From the NCBI GenBank assembly GCA_964373045.1, contig CAYJSI010000001.1:31650-95649 (forward strand): DNA of 64,000 nt, read 5' to 3'. Position 1 is the stretch's first letter; each line of letters opens with the position of its first letter. This DNA comes from an uncultured bacterium (GTDB lineage: Bacteria; Omnitrophota; Omnitrophia; Omnitrophales; Aquincolibacteriaceae). Below are positions 9,432 to 19,283 of the stretch, piece after piece. The notes beneath the pieces were generated by a model, which did not search any database, was not told where the DNA came from, and saw only the letters and a list, made by a program, of their open reading frames with translations. The position numbers and the translations under genes are program-made.

Positions 9432-11807
9432 ATGAAGCGAGCCCATTCAACAGATCTTTCTTCAAAAAGGCAGGAGTGGCTGCCGCTCCTCGGGCTTGCC
9501 CTGTCACTTTTTATTTTTTATCCTGAACTTTTTTTTGCCAAGGCTGCTTCTTTAATGGGGGACCACATCGAACAGCACTATCCCTGGGCCCTTCTTCTTG
9601 CGGACTCACTTAGGCAGTTTCAGATCCCTTTCTGGACGCCTCTCATCCACTCTGGATTTCCCATCGCGGCGGAAAGTCAGATCGGGATTTTTTATCTTCC
9701 CAACCTCATTCTTTACTTTCTTTTTCCGTTTCATGTCGCTTACTCTTATATGAATCTCGTCCATTTTTACCTCGCAGGGGCCTCGACCTATCTTTACGCA
9801 CGCCTGATAAAGCTGGAGCGCCTCCCGGCTTTTACGGCCGCCTTTATTTTTCTTTTCGGCGCAGCCTATGGAGGGGCCTACTATAACATCACGTCCCTTA
9901 AAACCATTTGCTGGCTGCCTCTGGGTCTTTATCTTTTTGAAAAATATTACCAGGAGGGGCATAAAAAGTATCTCGTGGGCTTAAGTTTTTCTATGGCCAT
10001 GTCCATCGTTGCGGGCTACATGCAAGTCGCTGCCCTAACCTGGCTGATCTTTGCCGTTTATGTGTTTCTTCGATTAATTTTTTTTCCGCATGAAAAAGAT
10101 GCCGCTCAAACACCTCTAAGCCACGCTTTTGCTTTAATCCTCACGGCCGCAGGCGCTTCTCTCATCGCAGCCCCGCAGATCTATTTGACCTTTGAGCTGG
10201 CGATCCAGTCCAACCGGACAGGATTAGAGGAGGGCTACGCCTACGTGGGATCCCTCTCACCCTTTGCTTTGAGCACCTTGATCGATCCGGTCGCTCAAAG
10301 GATCTTCCGGGGAAGCAGCCTCTACGGCGGTCTTTTTTCACTCTTTCTTGTTCTGATTTCATTTTGTTCACGGGAGGTCAGAGGAGATAAATTTTTCCGG
10401 CTTTGGTCCGTCCTTGCCGTTTTTTGCTTATTCATGGCCTTGGGCCGTTGGAGTCCCCTGTATGTGGCTTTTGTCAAACTCACCCATTTTTATTCCTTTC
10501 GGATTCCTGCAAAGTTTTCGGTCTTTGTGTGTCTGGCCCTGGCTTTTTTATCAGGGATGGGGCTTCAAGGGGCGATGAAGGCTATGAAAAACGACGTTCA
10601 TGCCGTGAGACCTGTTTTATTAGCAGCAAAAGGTTACCTTGGTGTAGTCGTCATTTTTCTGTTAGCCGGCAGCGGTGTTTATTTTTTTGCCACTGCAGGG
10701 AAGGAATGGGCGCTCTTAATCGGAAAGTCGTATATCCAGCAATTTATTTATGGACACCCCGGCCACCCCCACTCCCTAGAAACATACCTGGAACGATTGT
10801 CCGGTTTTCCCGATAGCGTCTTGACCTTGTTTGCCCTTCATGAATGGGTCAATGGCTGGACATTGGGCATGATCTTAGGGAGTCTTGGGGGGGCTGTTTT
10901 TTTATTAAAAAGTCGGCGCCTTTCGAGGCGATGGATGATCAGCGGATTGATTTTTCTTGCCATCGATCTATACGGGTACGCTTGGTTTGACATCAAGCGT
11001 GACTTTGCCCGCTACGACGATGTTTTACGTCCTTCTGCGGTGGTCGAGGCTCTTAAAATGGAAAAGGCAAGAGGGGAGATGGGGCGTCTTTATGGGCGGA
11101 GAAATCCGGGAGAAGATTTAGCGCTTGTGCCAAGCATCAATATGCTCTATGGCCTCGAAGACATCGGGGCTTACTCTCCCTTTGTGACAAGGCGTTACCA
11201 TGAAACCGTCGGACGCTTTGGGAATGTAAATGACTCCAATTTTGCTTACCCATTGGACCCCCAATTTTTTAACGAACACGCGCCCCTCCTAAATGCCTTG
11301 GACGTGTCCCATATCCTTTCGAGTCAAGTGATCGATCACCCGGCTTGGACCTTGCTGATCGAGGATCAAAAAACGCCCGCCTATCTCTATAAAAATTCAG
11401 CTTCTCGATCACGGGCGCATTTTGTTCAGGCCTATCGCTCTTTTTCAAGTTGGGAAACCCTGCGTGAGGTGTTTCTCACGCCTCATTTTGACCCAAAAAA
11501 AGAATTGCTTCTGGAAGAGACAGAGCTTAAAAAATTACCGGTCGATTTTGTCAAAGATCTTCAACCAGAGAATGAATCCGCCGGGGTAGAGCTGATCAAT
11601 CGATCGGATGCAGGAGAGACCTGGGTCGTTCGTCATTCCCATGCCGGATTCTTGGTAGTGATGAATACGGCGTATCCGGGTTGGAGGGCAAACGCAAACG
11701 GCGCCGACCTCCCCTTGATCCAAGCCTACGGACTCTTTCAGGCCGTGTGGCTCAAAGAAGGCGGTCAAGACCGTGTCCACTTTTCTTACGCACCGTTTCG
11801 GGACTGA
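9432..11807 (+). CDS. YfhO-family membrane glycosyltransferase (GT-C)
   Basis: The ORF track begins at 9327 and overlaps the previous gene. An in-frame ATG at 9432, directly after the upstream TAA, is preferred. The protein is about 790 aa. Its N-terminus GDHIEQHYPWALLLADSLRQFQIPFWTPLIHSGFPIAAESQIGIFY is typical of YfhO, with many TMs and a C-terminal soluble domain. The GT2 + YfhO pairing is known from CsbB/YfhO-type LTA/WTA glycosylation. Confidence 0.5.
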   Translation: MKRAHSTDLSSKRQEWLPLLGLALSLFIFYPELFFAKAASLMGDHIEQHYPWALLLADSLRQFQIPFWTPLIHSGFPIAAESQIGIFYLPNLILYFLFPFHVAYSYMNLVHFYLAGASTYLYARLIKLERLPAFTAAFIFLFGAAYGGAYYNITSLKTICWLPLGLYLFEKYYQEGHKKYLVGLSFSMAMSIVAGYMQVAALTWLIFAVYVFLRLIFFPHEKDAAQTPLSHAFALILTAAGASLIAAPQIYLTFELAIQSNRTGLEEGYAYVGSLSPFALSTLIDPVAQRIFRGSSLYGGLFSLFLVLISFCSREVRGDKFFRLWSVLAVFCLFMALGRWSPLYVAFVKLTHFYSFRIPAKFSVFVCLALAFLSGMGLQGAMKAMKNDVHAVRPVLLAAKGYLGVVVIFLLAGSGVYFFATAGKEWALLIGKSYIQQFIYGHPGHPHSLETYLERLSGFPDSVLTLFALHEWVNGWTLGMILGSLGGAVFLLKSRRLSRRWMISGLIFLAIDLYGYAWFDIKRDFARYDDVLRPSAVVEALKMEKARGEMGRLYGRRNPGEDLALVPSINMLYGLEDIGAYSPFVTRRYHETVGRFGNVNDSNFAYPLDPQFFNEHAPLLNALDVSHILSSQVIDHPAWTLLIEDQKTPAYLYKNSASRSRAHFVQAYRSFSSWETLREVFLTPHFDPKKELLLEETELKKLPVDFVKDLQPENESAGVELINRSDAGETWVVRHSHAGFLVVMNTAYPGWRANANGADLPLIQAYGLFQAVWLKEGGQDRVHFSYAPFRD

Positions 11808-11813
11808 AAGAAA

Positions 11814-12728
11814 ATGACCATCCTTGCATCTAAAGACATTCGGTTGGCTTCACAAAAGCTTTGCCCTGCCTGCGGCGGAAGTAAGCGCACGAGGCTCTTC
11901 AAAATTACCGCCTCCGAAGTCTTTCGCTGTATGGAATGCGGACTCAAATACCTGGATCCCTGCCTCTCCGAGGGCTCCATGTCCGCCGCTTATGAATCCG
12001 GCGAATCCCTTAAATCCTTTCATGATTTTCATGAAGGTTACTATGACTACGGAGAACTCAGCCAAAAAAGCAAAACGCGGGATGATTTCCAGGAAGGACT
12101 GCTCCGTTTAGAAAAACACTTAAGTCCGGGACAGCCGAGGAAGATTTTGGATGTCGGGTACGGTAACGGATTCTTTCTTGCGGTTGCACGCCAAAGAGGC
12201 TGGCAAGTGGACGGTATTGATACAAGCGCAGAGAACCGAAAGATAGCCAAAGCAAGGTTCGGCCTGCAGCTTCGATCGGGCGGCTTTGAGCAGGACATTC
12301 CGAACGATCAAACTTATGGCGCCGTGGCCTTTTGGGACGTGATCGAGCATCTTGCCAATCCGCATCGCACGCTTCAAAAGGTGAGGCGCATTCTAAAACC
12401 CGGCGGGCTTGTCCTGATCGCTCTTCCTAATGATCAAAACTTACTAATGATCATTGCATCGTTCTTGTATAAAATCACGGCGGGCGTATTTAATTTTGGT
12501 CTCAAAAAATTATATTTCCTGGAACACGTTTGCTATTATGAACAAAAATCACTCAACGCATTGCTGGAAAAGAACCGATTTGTGAATCAGGATTATTTTT
12601 TCACAAACACCGATTTGGCAAAGTACCGGTTGCCGCGATGGGAGAAGATCGTGGCGGGGACCCTGCTTCAAATCGGCCATTGGCTGAGACTCGATAACAG
12701 ACTCGTCGTGATCTACCAAATTTTATGA
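11814..12728 (+). CDS. Class I SAM-dependent methyltransferase with an N-terminal Zn-ribbon
   Basis: CPACGG...CMECG zinc ribbon, then ILDVGYGNGFFL (motif I) and a Methyltransf_11/23-like core. Confidence 0.6.
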   Translation: MTILASKDIRLASQKLCPACGGSKRTRLFKITASEVFRCMECGLKYLDPCLSEGSMSAAYESGESLKSFHDFHEGYYDYGELSQKSKTRDDFQEGLLRLEKHLSPGQPRKILDVGYGNGFFLAVARQRGWQVDGIDTSAENRKIAKARFGLQLRSGGFEQDIPNDQTYGAVAFWDVIEHLANPHRTLQKVRRILKPGGLVLIALPNDQNLLMIIASFLYKITAGVFNFGLKKLYFLEHVCYYEQKSLNALLEKNRFVNQDYFFTNTDLAKYRLPRWEKIVAGTLLQIGHWLRLDNRLVVIYQIL

Positions 12729-13411
12729 TGCATTTAGCTAAAAAAGCATTCTATAAATTAATCGGACTAAATCCCTACCTTGACCGCTGGATTCGCTACC
12801 GAAATCCAAGAAAATATTGGTCCGAGAGGGGCGGTGACCGCTACTTCATTGAACAGGAATCAGTTCAGGCGAGGACGCTTCGCAGCGAATTTATTACAGA
12901 TCACCTTAGACAATACCCGGCACAAAGCATTCTGGAAGTCGGATCGGGCTACGGAAAGCAATTAAAAAACCTTGCTCGCGAGGGCCTGTTGCTCGCCGGA
13001 TGCGATTTCAGCCGGCCGCAGCTTCTGAAATCGCGCGACCATTGTCAGGGAATTGAGTTATGCCTTGCGGAAGCGGATGCGGAGCATATTCCCTTTGCCA
13101 GTCAGTCGATGGACTTGGTGTTTTCTTCCGCGGTCATCCTGCACAATCGCTATCCCAAGGCGCAGGGGATCATCGCCGAGATGATCCGAGTGAGCCGCAG
13201 GTGGATCGCTCACAATGAAGACACGGACGTTACGTTTTCGCGCTACGGCTATGACATGAAAAAGACCTACGAGAAACTCAATTTTAAAATTCACGAATCG
13301 ATCCAAATCCCTTGCGCCAATCAGCCCTCCATTACACAATTTACAGTGGTGGAACTTCCCAGCCCCGGCATTCAAATCGCCCCGAAGGATATCCCGCTTC
13401 AGTACCACTGA
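12725..13411 (+). CDS. Class I SAM-dependent methyltransferase
   Basis: ILEVGSGYGKQL motif I...MDLVFSSAVILHN. Overlaps the upstream gene by 4 nt (ATGA). Confidence 0.55.
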   Translation: MMHLAKKAFYKLIGLNPYLDRWIRYRNPRKYWSERGGDRYFIEQESVQARTLRSEFITDHLRQYPAQSILEVGSGYGKQLKNLAREGLLLAGCDFSRPQLLKSRDHCQGIELCLAEADAEHIPFASQSMDLVFSSAVILHNRYPKAQGIIAEMIRVSRRWIAHNEDTDVTFSRYGYDMKKTYEKLNFKIHESIQIPCANQPSITQFTVVELPSPGIQIAPKDIPLQYH

Positions 13412-13420
13412 GGCGCATCC

Positions 13421-14185
13421 ATGAAACCGATCATTGTCATCCCGACTTATAACGAGCGTGAAAACATTTCAGAGCTCGTGTCCTTGATCCACAAGGAAGC
13501 GGGAGAGTGGTCGCTAAGCATCCTCGTCGTCGACAGCGCTTCTCCGGATGGAACCGCAAAGGTCGTCCGCAAGCTGCAAGGGCAGTATCCCCATCTGTAT
13601 CTTTTGGAACAGACCGCAAAACGCGGGTTGGGGAATGCCTACCTCGAGGGGATGCGCTGGGCGCTGGAAAGAGATTTCGATTATTTGATTACTATGGATG
13701 CCGACTTCTCGCACCACCCCGGTCATCTGAACGACATGTTACAAAAAATTGAGCACTCGGACCTTGTGGTCGGATCTCGGTACATCGCGGGCGGGGAGCT
13801 TCGGAATTGGCCCAAAAGACGCCGCTTCCTCAGTCAATTTGCAAACTGGTATGCACGCACCTTGACGGGGCTTCCGTTTTCGGATTTAACCAGCGGATTC
13901 CACTGCTTTCGGACCCCTCTTCTTCGCAAAATTCTGCGTTATCGCATCCATGCGGAGGGCTATGCCTTTTTAATCGAGCTCAAATTCCTCGCCATCCTAC
14001 AAGGGGCCCGTTTCGGCGAAATTCCTATCATTTTTAATGATCGGACCAAAGGAGATTCCAAGATTTCAAAAAGGGTTATCCTTGAATCAATTTTAATTGT
14101 ACTGCTGCGCAGCCTCCATCGCGCCCGGATCTTACGGCTTGTGAAACAAGCCAAATCGCAGACCTCTCATGCCCAAGTTTCATAA
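13421..14185 (+). CDS. GT2 polyprenyl-phosphate glycosyltransferase (DPM1-like)
   Basis: IIVIPTYNERENISELV...VVDSASPDGTAKVV...YLITMDADFSHHP are canonical DPM1-family motifs. Confidence 0.7.
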   Translation: MKPIIVIPTYNERENISELVSLIHKEAGEWSLSILVVDSASPDGTAKVVRKLQGQYPHLYLLEQTAKRGLGNAYLEGMRWALERDFDYLITMDADFSHHPGHLNDMLQKIEHSDLVVGSRYIAGGELRNWPKRRRFLSQFANWYARTLTGLPFSDLTSGFHCFRTPLLRKILRYRIHAEGYAFLIELKFLAILQGARFGEIPIIFNDRTKGDSKISKRVILESILIVLLRSLHRARILRLVKQAKSQTSHAQVS

Positions 14186-15731
14186 AAAACAAGTCGCGCT
14201 TCTTGGATTCCTTGTTTTAGTGGTGCTGGGGATCCAGCTTTCAACCATTCAAAGACCCTTTGTCGGCCATTATGCAAGCTACCAGGGGACGGTTATGGCC
14301 GCCATGGCACGTAATATGGTTCGCGAAAATTTCAGGGAAATCCTTCTTCCCAAAACAGATGCCGTTATCGGAGGCGAGAGATCGCTCCATCTGAATCAAT
14401 ATCCTTTTCCATCACTTCTGGCGGCGCTCGGCGTTCGCTTCGTGGGGGGGAGCTATGAATTCTGGGGACGATTTCAAGCGGTTTGTTTCAATCTTTTCTC
14501 GCTCATCCTTCTTATATTGATTGCACGCAGACTTTTTGACCCCATGACCGCCCTTGTGGCGGGTTGCCTTTACGCTTGGTCGCCTTATACGCTCATTTAT
14601 GGTCAAAGTTTTATGTCGGAGGCGAGCTCGTTATGTTTTTTACTCCTTGCGCTTTGGTCGCTTCTTAAAAATTCTTCCTTTGTGGGTGTAACGCTCAGTG
14701 CACTATTTTTTTCAATCGCCGTCACGGGGCGCGTGCATTGGGCGCTTCTCTGGCCGGTTTTTGGCTTCAGTTTGTGGAGGGAGCCTCCGGGAATAAGATT
14801 TAAAAAGATGATCCTTTTTACGATCATTGCCTCGATCCTTCCCGTCGCGTGGTACGCCCACACTTATTTCGTCTCACTCGGGGCCACCAACCTTCATACC
14901 AACTTATTTCTCCAGGCATCGGCTCAAAAATCAGATCAATTTTGGTTGTTTTCAAACCCCATTTTTTTTATAAAAACCGTTCGCATTTTTTTTGGAATGA
15001 TGCTCACCCCGCTCCTCGCACCTTTTTTCTTTGCGGGCCTTATCCTGGGAGATCGAAAAAGTCATTCTTTTAAAGTGACGGCGATAGGAATCTTGGCGGC
15101 CGTCCTCGTTGCCTTTCTCGCTCCTTTAAAAGTCATAACGCATGATTTTTATCTTTACGCCGCCACTCCCTTTTTTATCATGATGGCTTCTGTGGGGCTT
15201 GCCCGGATCAGAGAGCGATTTCGGTTCTTGGCCAAATCTCTCTCTATCGGGATTTTTTTGGCGCTCTACGGAGTGGTTTCATTCCGTTTTTTTTCCCATC
15301 CCATTTTTGTTTACCCGGAAAATGAAATCCAGGCCGCGGAACGGGCTCAAATCGTAAAGAAAACATCCGAAAAAGGTGCTCTTGTTATCGCAGCAGGTGA
15401 GAATGCCCCCATCCTGGCTTATTATGTGGACCGTCCATCGTGGCAATTTCAACCCAGTCAAATCGGAGGGGCGCTGGAGGATTATCAGCGGGTTGAGGGA
15501 CTGAGCGGCAATGACCTGAACGAACTGCGAGAACTCGAAGCAGCGCAAAGGGATGGAATTAGCTGGGTCGAGTATCTAAAAGATCGTGGGGCGACCTACT
15601 TTTTCGCTCCCCACAAGGAAGAAATTGATCGGGTTCCGAATCTCTCAGAGCACCTTAGGAGTCATTACCAAAATCTGGCCAAGGATGAGGACGGCTATTA
15701 TTTTTATAGAATGGGTCCAACGCCAGCCTAA
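14169..15731 (+). CDS. Multipass membrane glycosyltransferase, GT-C fold (GT39/ArnT-like)
   Basis: 520 aa and hydrophobic, with a C-terminal soluble domain. It immediately follows the DPM1-like GT2. Confidence 0.45.
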   Translation: MPKFHKKQVALLGFLVLVVLGIQLSTIQRPFVGHYASYQGTVMAAMARNMVRENFREILLPKTDAVIGGERSLHLNQYPFPSLLAALGVRFVGGSYEFWGRFQAVCFNLFSLILLILIARRLFDPMTALVAGCLYAWSPYTLIYGQSFMSEASSLCFLLLALWSLLKNSSFVGVTLSALFFSIAVTGRVHWALLWPVFGFSLWREPPGIRFKKMILFTIIASILPVAWYAHTYFVSLGATNLHTNLFLQASAQKSDQFWLFSNPIFFIKTVRIFFGMMLTPLLAPFFFAGLILGDRKSHSFKVTAIGILAAVLVAFLAPLKVITHDFYLYAATPFFIMMASVGLARIRERFRFLAKSLSIGIFLALYGVVSFRFFSHPIFVYPENEIQAAERAQIVKKTSEKGALVIAAGENAPILAYYVDRPSWQFQPSQIGGALEDYQRVEGLSGNDLNELRELEAAQRDGISWVEYLKDRGATYFFAPHKEEIDRVPNLSEHLRSHYQNLAKDEDGYYFYRMGPTPA

Positions 15732-15768
15732 GTGCAGAGGATCGGTTGCTGCGCCATGAATTCAGTCG

Positions 15769-16476
15769 TCAAGCGCCGCGATGTTTTGAGGCTTTTAACA
15801 CCGCAAGCAAGGCAAAACGTTCCGGCCAAAAATGCGCCATCCGGTAACGGATCTTCCACGGCAAGAAACTGAGGCATAAGTTGACGCATTGAATGACCTT
15901 TCGGCTCCATGAAGAGTTCTTGCGAATGTCGCTCAAAATGGAGTCTCGCATCGTATAAGCCGGCACATAGTCGACCCACTCAATTTTAAAACCCGATTTT
16001 TTCAAATCTGCCGCCAGCTCTTTGGGGTAATAACGCCGTACATGCTGCACCCCGTCGGCGCGCATATTGGGCTGACCCACGTATAAGATCCCGCCCTCTT
16101 TGAGAACATGGAAAATTTCAGAAAGGGTCACTAAAGGGCTGTGGAGATGTTCCAAGACCTCAAAAAGAAAAACCGTATCATAGGTATCTTCCGGGATCGG
16201 AAATCGGCCTTGAATATCCCCAAGGATCGGGTTAAACCCGGATTGTTTTGCGACTTCAAGCCCTGAGGGGCTGATATCGAGCACATCGGCATCCTGAACT
16301 CCCAGGTATTTTAGAAATTGGCCGTTTCCTCCCGCCACATCCAGAATGCGATCCGACGGGTTGTGACGAATCTTCGGGAGTAAATGGGCATAAAGACGCT
16401 CATAATAGGCGCGCTTTTCCCGACATTCTTTTGCGCCCACCCAATAATTTTTATAATACTCCTCGGTTTTCACCAT
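15769..16476 (-). CDS. Class I SAM-dependent methyltransferase
   Basis: ILDVAGGNGQFL motif I, DISPSGL, VFLFEVLEHL. The ORF track extends to 16566 using a TTG codon. The internal ATG (MVKTEEYY) at 16476 is preferred and leaves a 125-nt divergent promoter region. Confidence 0.5.
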   Translation of the reverse strand: MVKTEEYYKNYWVGAKECREKRAYYERLYAHLLPKIRHNPSDRILDVAGGNGQFLKYLGVQDADVLDISPSGLEVAKQSGFNPILGDIQGRFPIPEDTYDTVFLFEVLEHLHSPLVTLSEIFHVLKEGGILYVGQPNMRADGVQHVRRYYPKELAADLKKSGFKIEWVDYVPAYTMRDSILSDIRKNSSWSRKVIQCVNLCLSFLPWKIRYRMAHFWPERFALLAVLKASKHRGA

Positions 16477-16601
16477 GGGCAATACCCGGCTCCGATCAGA
16501 ATGCGAAATTGTACAGCGGACGTAAGGAAAACGGAAGTGTTTGTTGCCTTTTGGCCGCCTTGCCAAGCCCCGCGCTCTTATAGTAGAATGCCGCTTCCTT
16601 T

Positions 16602-17624
16602 ATGAAGAAAATCATTGTTACGGGCGGCGCCGGCTTTATCGGCAGCCACTTAGTCGAAGCCTTGCTGGCCGAGGGCCATAGGGTCACCGTGCTGGACAAC
16701 CTTTCAACGGGCCGCCGAGAGAATCTCTCTCATCTTTTTTCCCAAAAGAATCTAACCTTCCATCAAGTTGATGTCGCCGATTTCGAAAAAATCCAGCCGT
16801 TTTTTAAGGATATTGACTGGGTTTTTCATCTTGCAGCGCTTGCCGATATCGTTCCATCGATTGAGCAGCCGCTTCACTATTACCGTTCAAATGTTACGGG
16901 TACGGTCTCTGTCTTAGAGGCTAGCCGACTGGCCAAGGTCAAGCGGTTTCTCTATGCGGCTTCGTCATCCTGCTACGGCATTGCCGAGGTGACGCCAACC
17001 CCTGAGGAGGCAAAGATTCAACCGCAATATCCTTACGCTCTAACGAAATATCTCGGGGAAGAGGCCATGCGGCATTGGGGCAAGGTTTACAACCTTCCCA
17101 GCGTGTCACTCAGGCTTTTTAATGTCTATGGTCCCAGGGCAAGAACCGCCGGAACCTACGGGGCCGTTTTCGGTGTTTTCTTGGCCCAAAAATTAGCGGG
17201 AAAACCCTTCACCGTCGTGGGGGATGGGAGTCAAACTCGTGATTTTACGTTTGTCACAGATGTTGTGCAGGCATTTTTGAGTGCCGCAAAATCAAATATC
17301 AGCGGAGAAATCTTTAACGTAGGGTCCGGCGGAACTTACAGCGTCAATCGACTCGTTCAGCTTTTGGGAGGTCCGGTTGTTTATATCCCGAAACGTCCCG
17401 GAGAACCTGATTGCACATTTGCAGACACCCAAAAAATTCAGTCTGCGTTGAAGTGGGAACCCAAAGTCGACTTCGACGAAGGTGTCGGAATGATGCTTGA
17501 CCATATCAACGACTGGAAAAGCGCGCCCGTTTGGACCGAAAAATCCATCGCGGAAGCAACCAAAGATTGGTTTAGCTATCTTGGAGAAAAGGAGTCCCTT
17601 CCGGCCGCGTCCGGTAAGAGGTAA
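16602..17624 (+). CDS. NAD-dependent epimerase/dehydratase (extended SDR; GalE/UXS-like)
   Basis: [15 protein letters not shown] Rossmann motif and YALTK catalytic YxxxK. Confidence 0.7.
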   Translation: MKKIIVTGGAGFIGSHLVEALLAEGHRVTVLDNLSTGRRENLSHLFSQKNLTFHQVDVADFEKIQPFFKDIDWVFHLAALADIVPSIEQPLHYYRSNVTGTVSVLEASRLAKVKRFLYAASSSCYGIAEVTPTPEEAKIQPQYPYALTKYLGEEAMRHWGKVYNLPSVSLRLFNVYGPRARTAGTYGAVFGVFLAQKLAGKPFTVVGDGSQTRDFTFVTDVVQAFLSAAKSNISGEIFNVGSGGTYSVNRLVQLLGGPVVYIPKRPGEPDCTFADTQKIQSALKWEPKVDFDEGVGMMLDHINDWKSAPVWTEKSIAEATKDWFSYLGEKESLPAASGKR

Positions 17625-17625
17625 A

Positions 17626-18234
17626 ATGAAGAACGAATTCCTCGTGACCCCCAAAATTTATTTTGAAAAATTAGCTTCTTTGTTACAAACCACCGAAGTC
17701 ACTCGTCTTGACGGCTCTGTGATTTCCCTTGAAGAGGCCGGTAAAAAATCGGTGGGCCTGATCGTCTCGACAAAAGCAGCCGCCTCCAAGATGATGCTGA
17801 TTGGAAATGGGGGAAGCGCGGCGATTGTCAGCCATATCCAAAACGATTTGTGTGATTCGGTCGGGGTTCGGGCCATTGTGTTTAATGAGCCGCCTTTTCT
17901 TACCGCCGTGGCTAATGACCATGGCTATGAAACCTTCTTTGAGCAAGCCGTACGCCTATGGGCTGAAAAAGGGGATCTCTTGTACGCGGTGAGCAGCTCG
18001 GGCCGCTCCAAAAGCATCCTGCGCGCGGTTCAGGCTGGAAAAGAAAAAAGAGTGACGGTCATCACCTTTTCAGGGTTTCTTCCTGATAACCCGCTTCGTC
18101 AACTTGGCGATATCAATTTCTACGTGAAATCAGAAATCTACGGATTTGTGGAAACGGCGCACGCGGTCTTGGGACATTTTCTGACCGATAGCGCCATTCA
18201 AGCTGAAAAATCTTTGAAACCGGCGAGATCCTAA
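17626..18234 (+). CDS. gmhA: SIS-domain sugar-phosphate isomerase (GmhA-like phosphoheptose isomerase)
   Basis: LIGNGGSAAIVSHIQNDL and AVSSSGRS are GmhA-type SIS motifs. The ATG at 17626 directly follows the upstream stop. The longer track ORF from 17497 is an artefact of overlap. Confidence 0.55.
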   Translation: MKNEFLVTPKIYFEKLASLLQTTEVTRLDGSVISLEEAGKKSVGLIVSTKAAASKMMLIGNGGSAAIVSHIQNDLCDSVGVRAIVFNEPPFLTAVANDHGYETFFEQAVRLWAEKGDLLYAVSSSGRSKSILRAVQAGKEKRVTVITFSGFLPDNPLRQLGDINFYVKSEIYGFVETAHAVLGHFLTDSAIQAEKSLKPARS

Positions 18235-18235
18235 T

Positions 18236-19273
18236 ATGGCGTCTATTAAACGAGTTTTAGTGACCGGCGGGGCGGGTTATGTGGGCGCAGTGCTCGTGAC
18301 TAAATTGTTAGCCCAAGGGTATCAAGTCCGAGTTTTAGACCTCTATCTTTTTGGCGAACACCTCTGGAATGATCTTCCTGACCGATCTGGGCTCGAAGAG
18401 ATAAAAGGCGATATTCGCGATACCGACCTCCTCCGCCGTTCGGTCAAAAACTGTGACGCAGTCATTCACCTGGCCTGCATTTCTAATGATCCGAGTTTTG
18501 AACTCAATCCCGCACTCGGACGCAGCATCAATTATGAAGCCTTTCCGCCCCTTGTGAAACTAAGTAAGCAGGCCGGTGTGAAGCGATTCATTTATGCCTC
18601 CTCCTCGAGTGTTTACGGTATTAGCGAGATTCCCAATGTGACGGAAGATCACCCCTTAAAACCGCTCACCGACTACAGTAAGTTCAAACAGCTTTGCGAA
18701 CCTATCTTACTTGCTGAACAGGCAGCGGATTTCACGACTTTGGTACTGCGGCCCGCCACCGTTTGCGGTTATTCTCCGCGCTTAAGGCTGGATCTTACCG
18801 TTAACATTTTAACGAACCACGCTGTCACCCACGGCAAGATTAAAGTTTTTGGCGGAAAGCAGCTCCGCCCCAATATTCACATTGGCGATATGACGGATCT
18901 TTACGTTCAACTGATGGAACTGCCGGATAAGGAAATCGCGGGGAAAACGTATAACGCGGGATATGAAAATGTTTCGGTCATGGATCTTGCAAAAATCGTT
19001 CAAAAGGTCGTGCAAGAAAAAATGCCCGAACGAAGAAAGATCGATATTGAAGTCACGCCCACGGACGATGAAAGGTCCTACCATATTTCGTCCGAGAAAA
19101 TCAAAAAGGAACTTGGTTTTGTCCCGCGCCGCAATATTGAAGATGCGGTGAATGACCTTGTGACTGCGTTCCAGGCGGGAAGGATTCCGAATCCCATGAC
19201 GGATGAGCGCTATTACAATATTAAGACTATGCAGCACACGGAACTCTTAAACTCACTCCTCACAAGCCGTTAA
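18236..19273 (+). CDS. NAD-dependent epimerase/dehydratase (extended SDR)
   Basis: VLVTGGAGYVGAVL Rossmann motif; SSSSVYG; YSKFK catalytic YxxxK. Confidence 0.65.
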   Translation: MASIKRVLVTGGAGYVGAVLVTKLLAQGYQVRVLDLYLFGEHLWNDLPDRSGLEEIKGDIRDTDLLRRSVKNCDAVIHLACISNDPSFELNPALGRSINYEAFPPLVKLSKQAGVKRFIYASSSSVYGISEIPNVTEDHPLKPLTDYSKFKQLCEPILLAEQAADFTTLVLRPATVCGYSPRLRLDLTVNILTNHAVTHGKIKVFGGKQLRPNIHIGDMTDLYVQLMELPDKEIAGKTYNAGYENVSVMDLAKIVQKVVQEKMPERRKIDIEVTPTDDERSYHISSEKIKKELGFVPRRNIEDAVNDLVTAFQAGRIPNPMTDERYYNIKTMQHTELLNSLLTSR

Positions 19274-19283
19274 ACCTGCCGTT

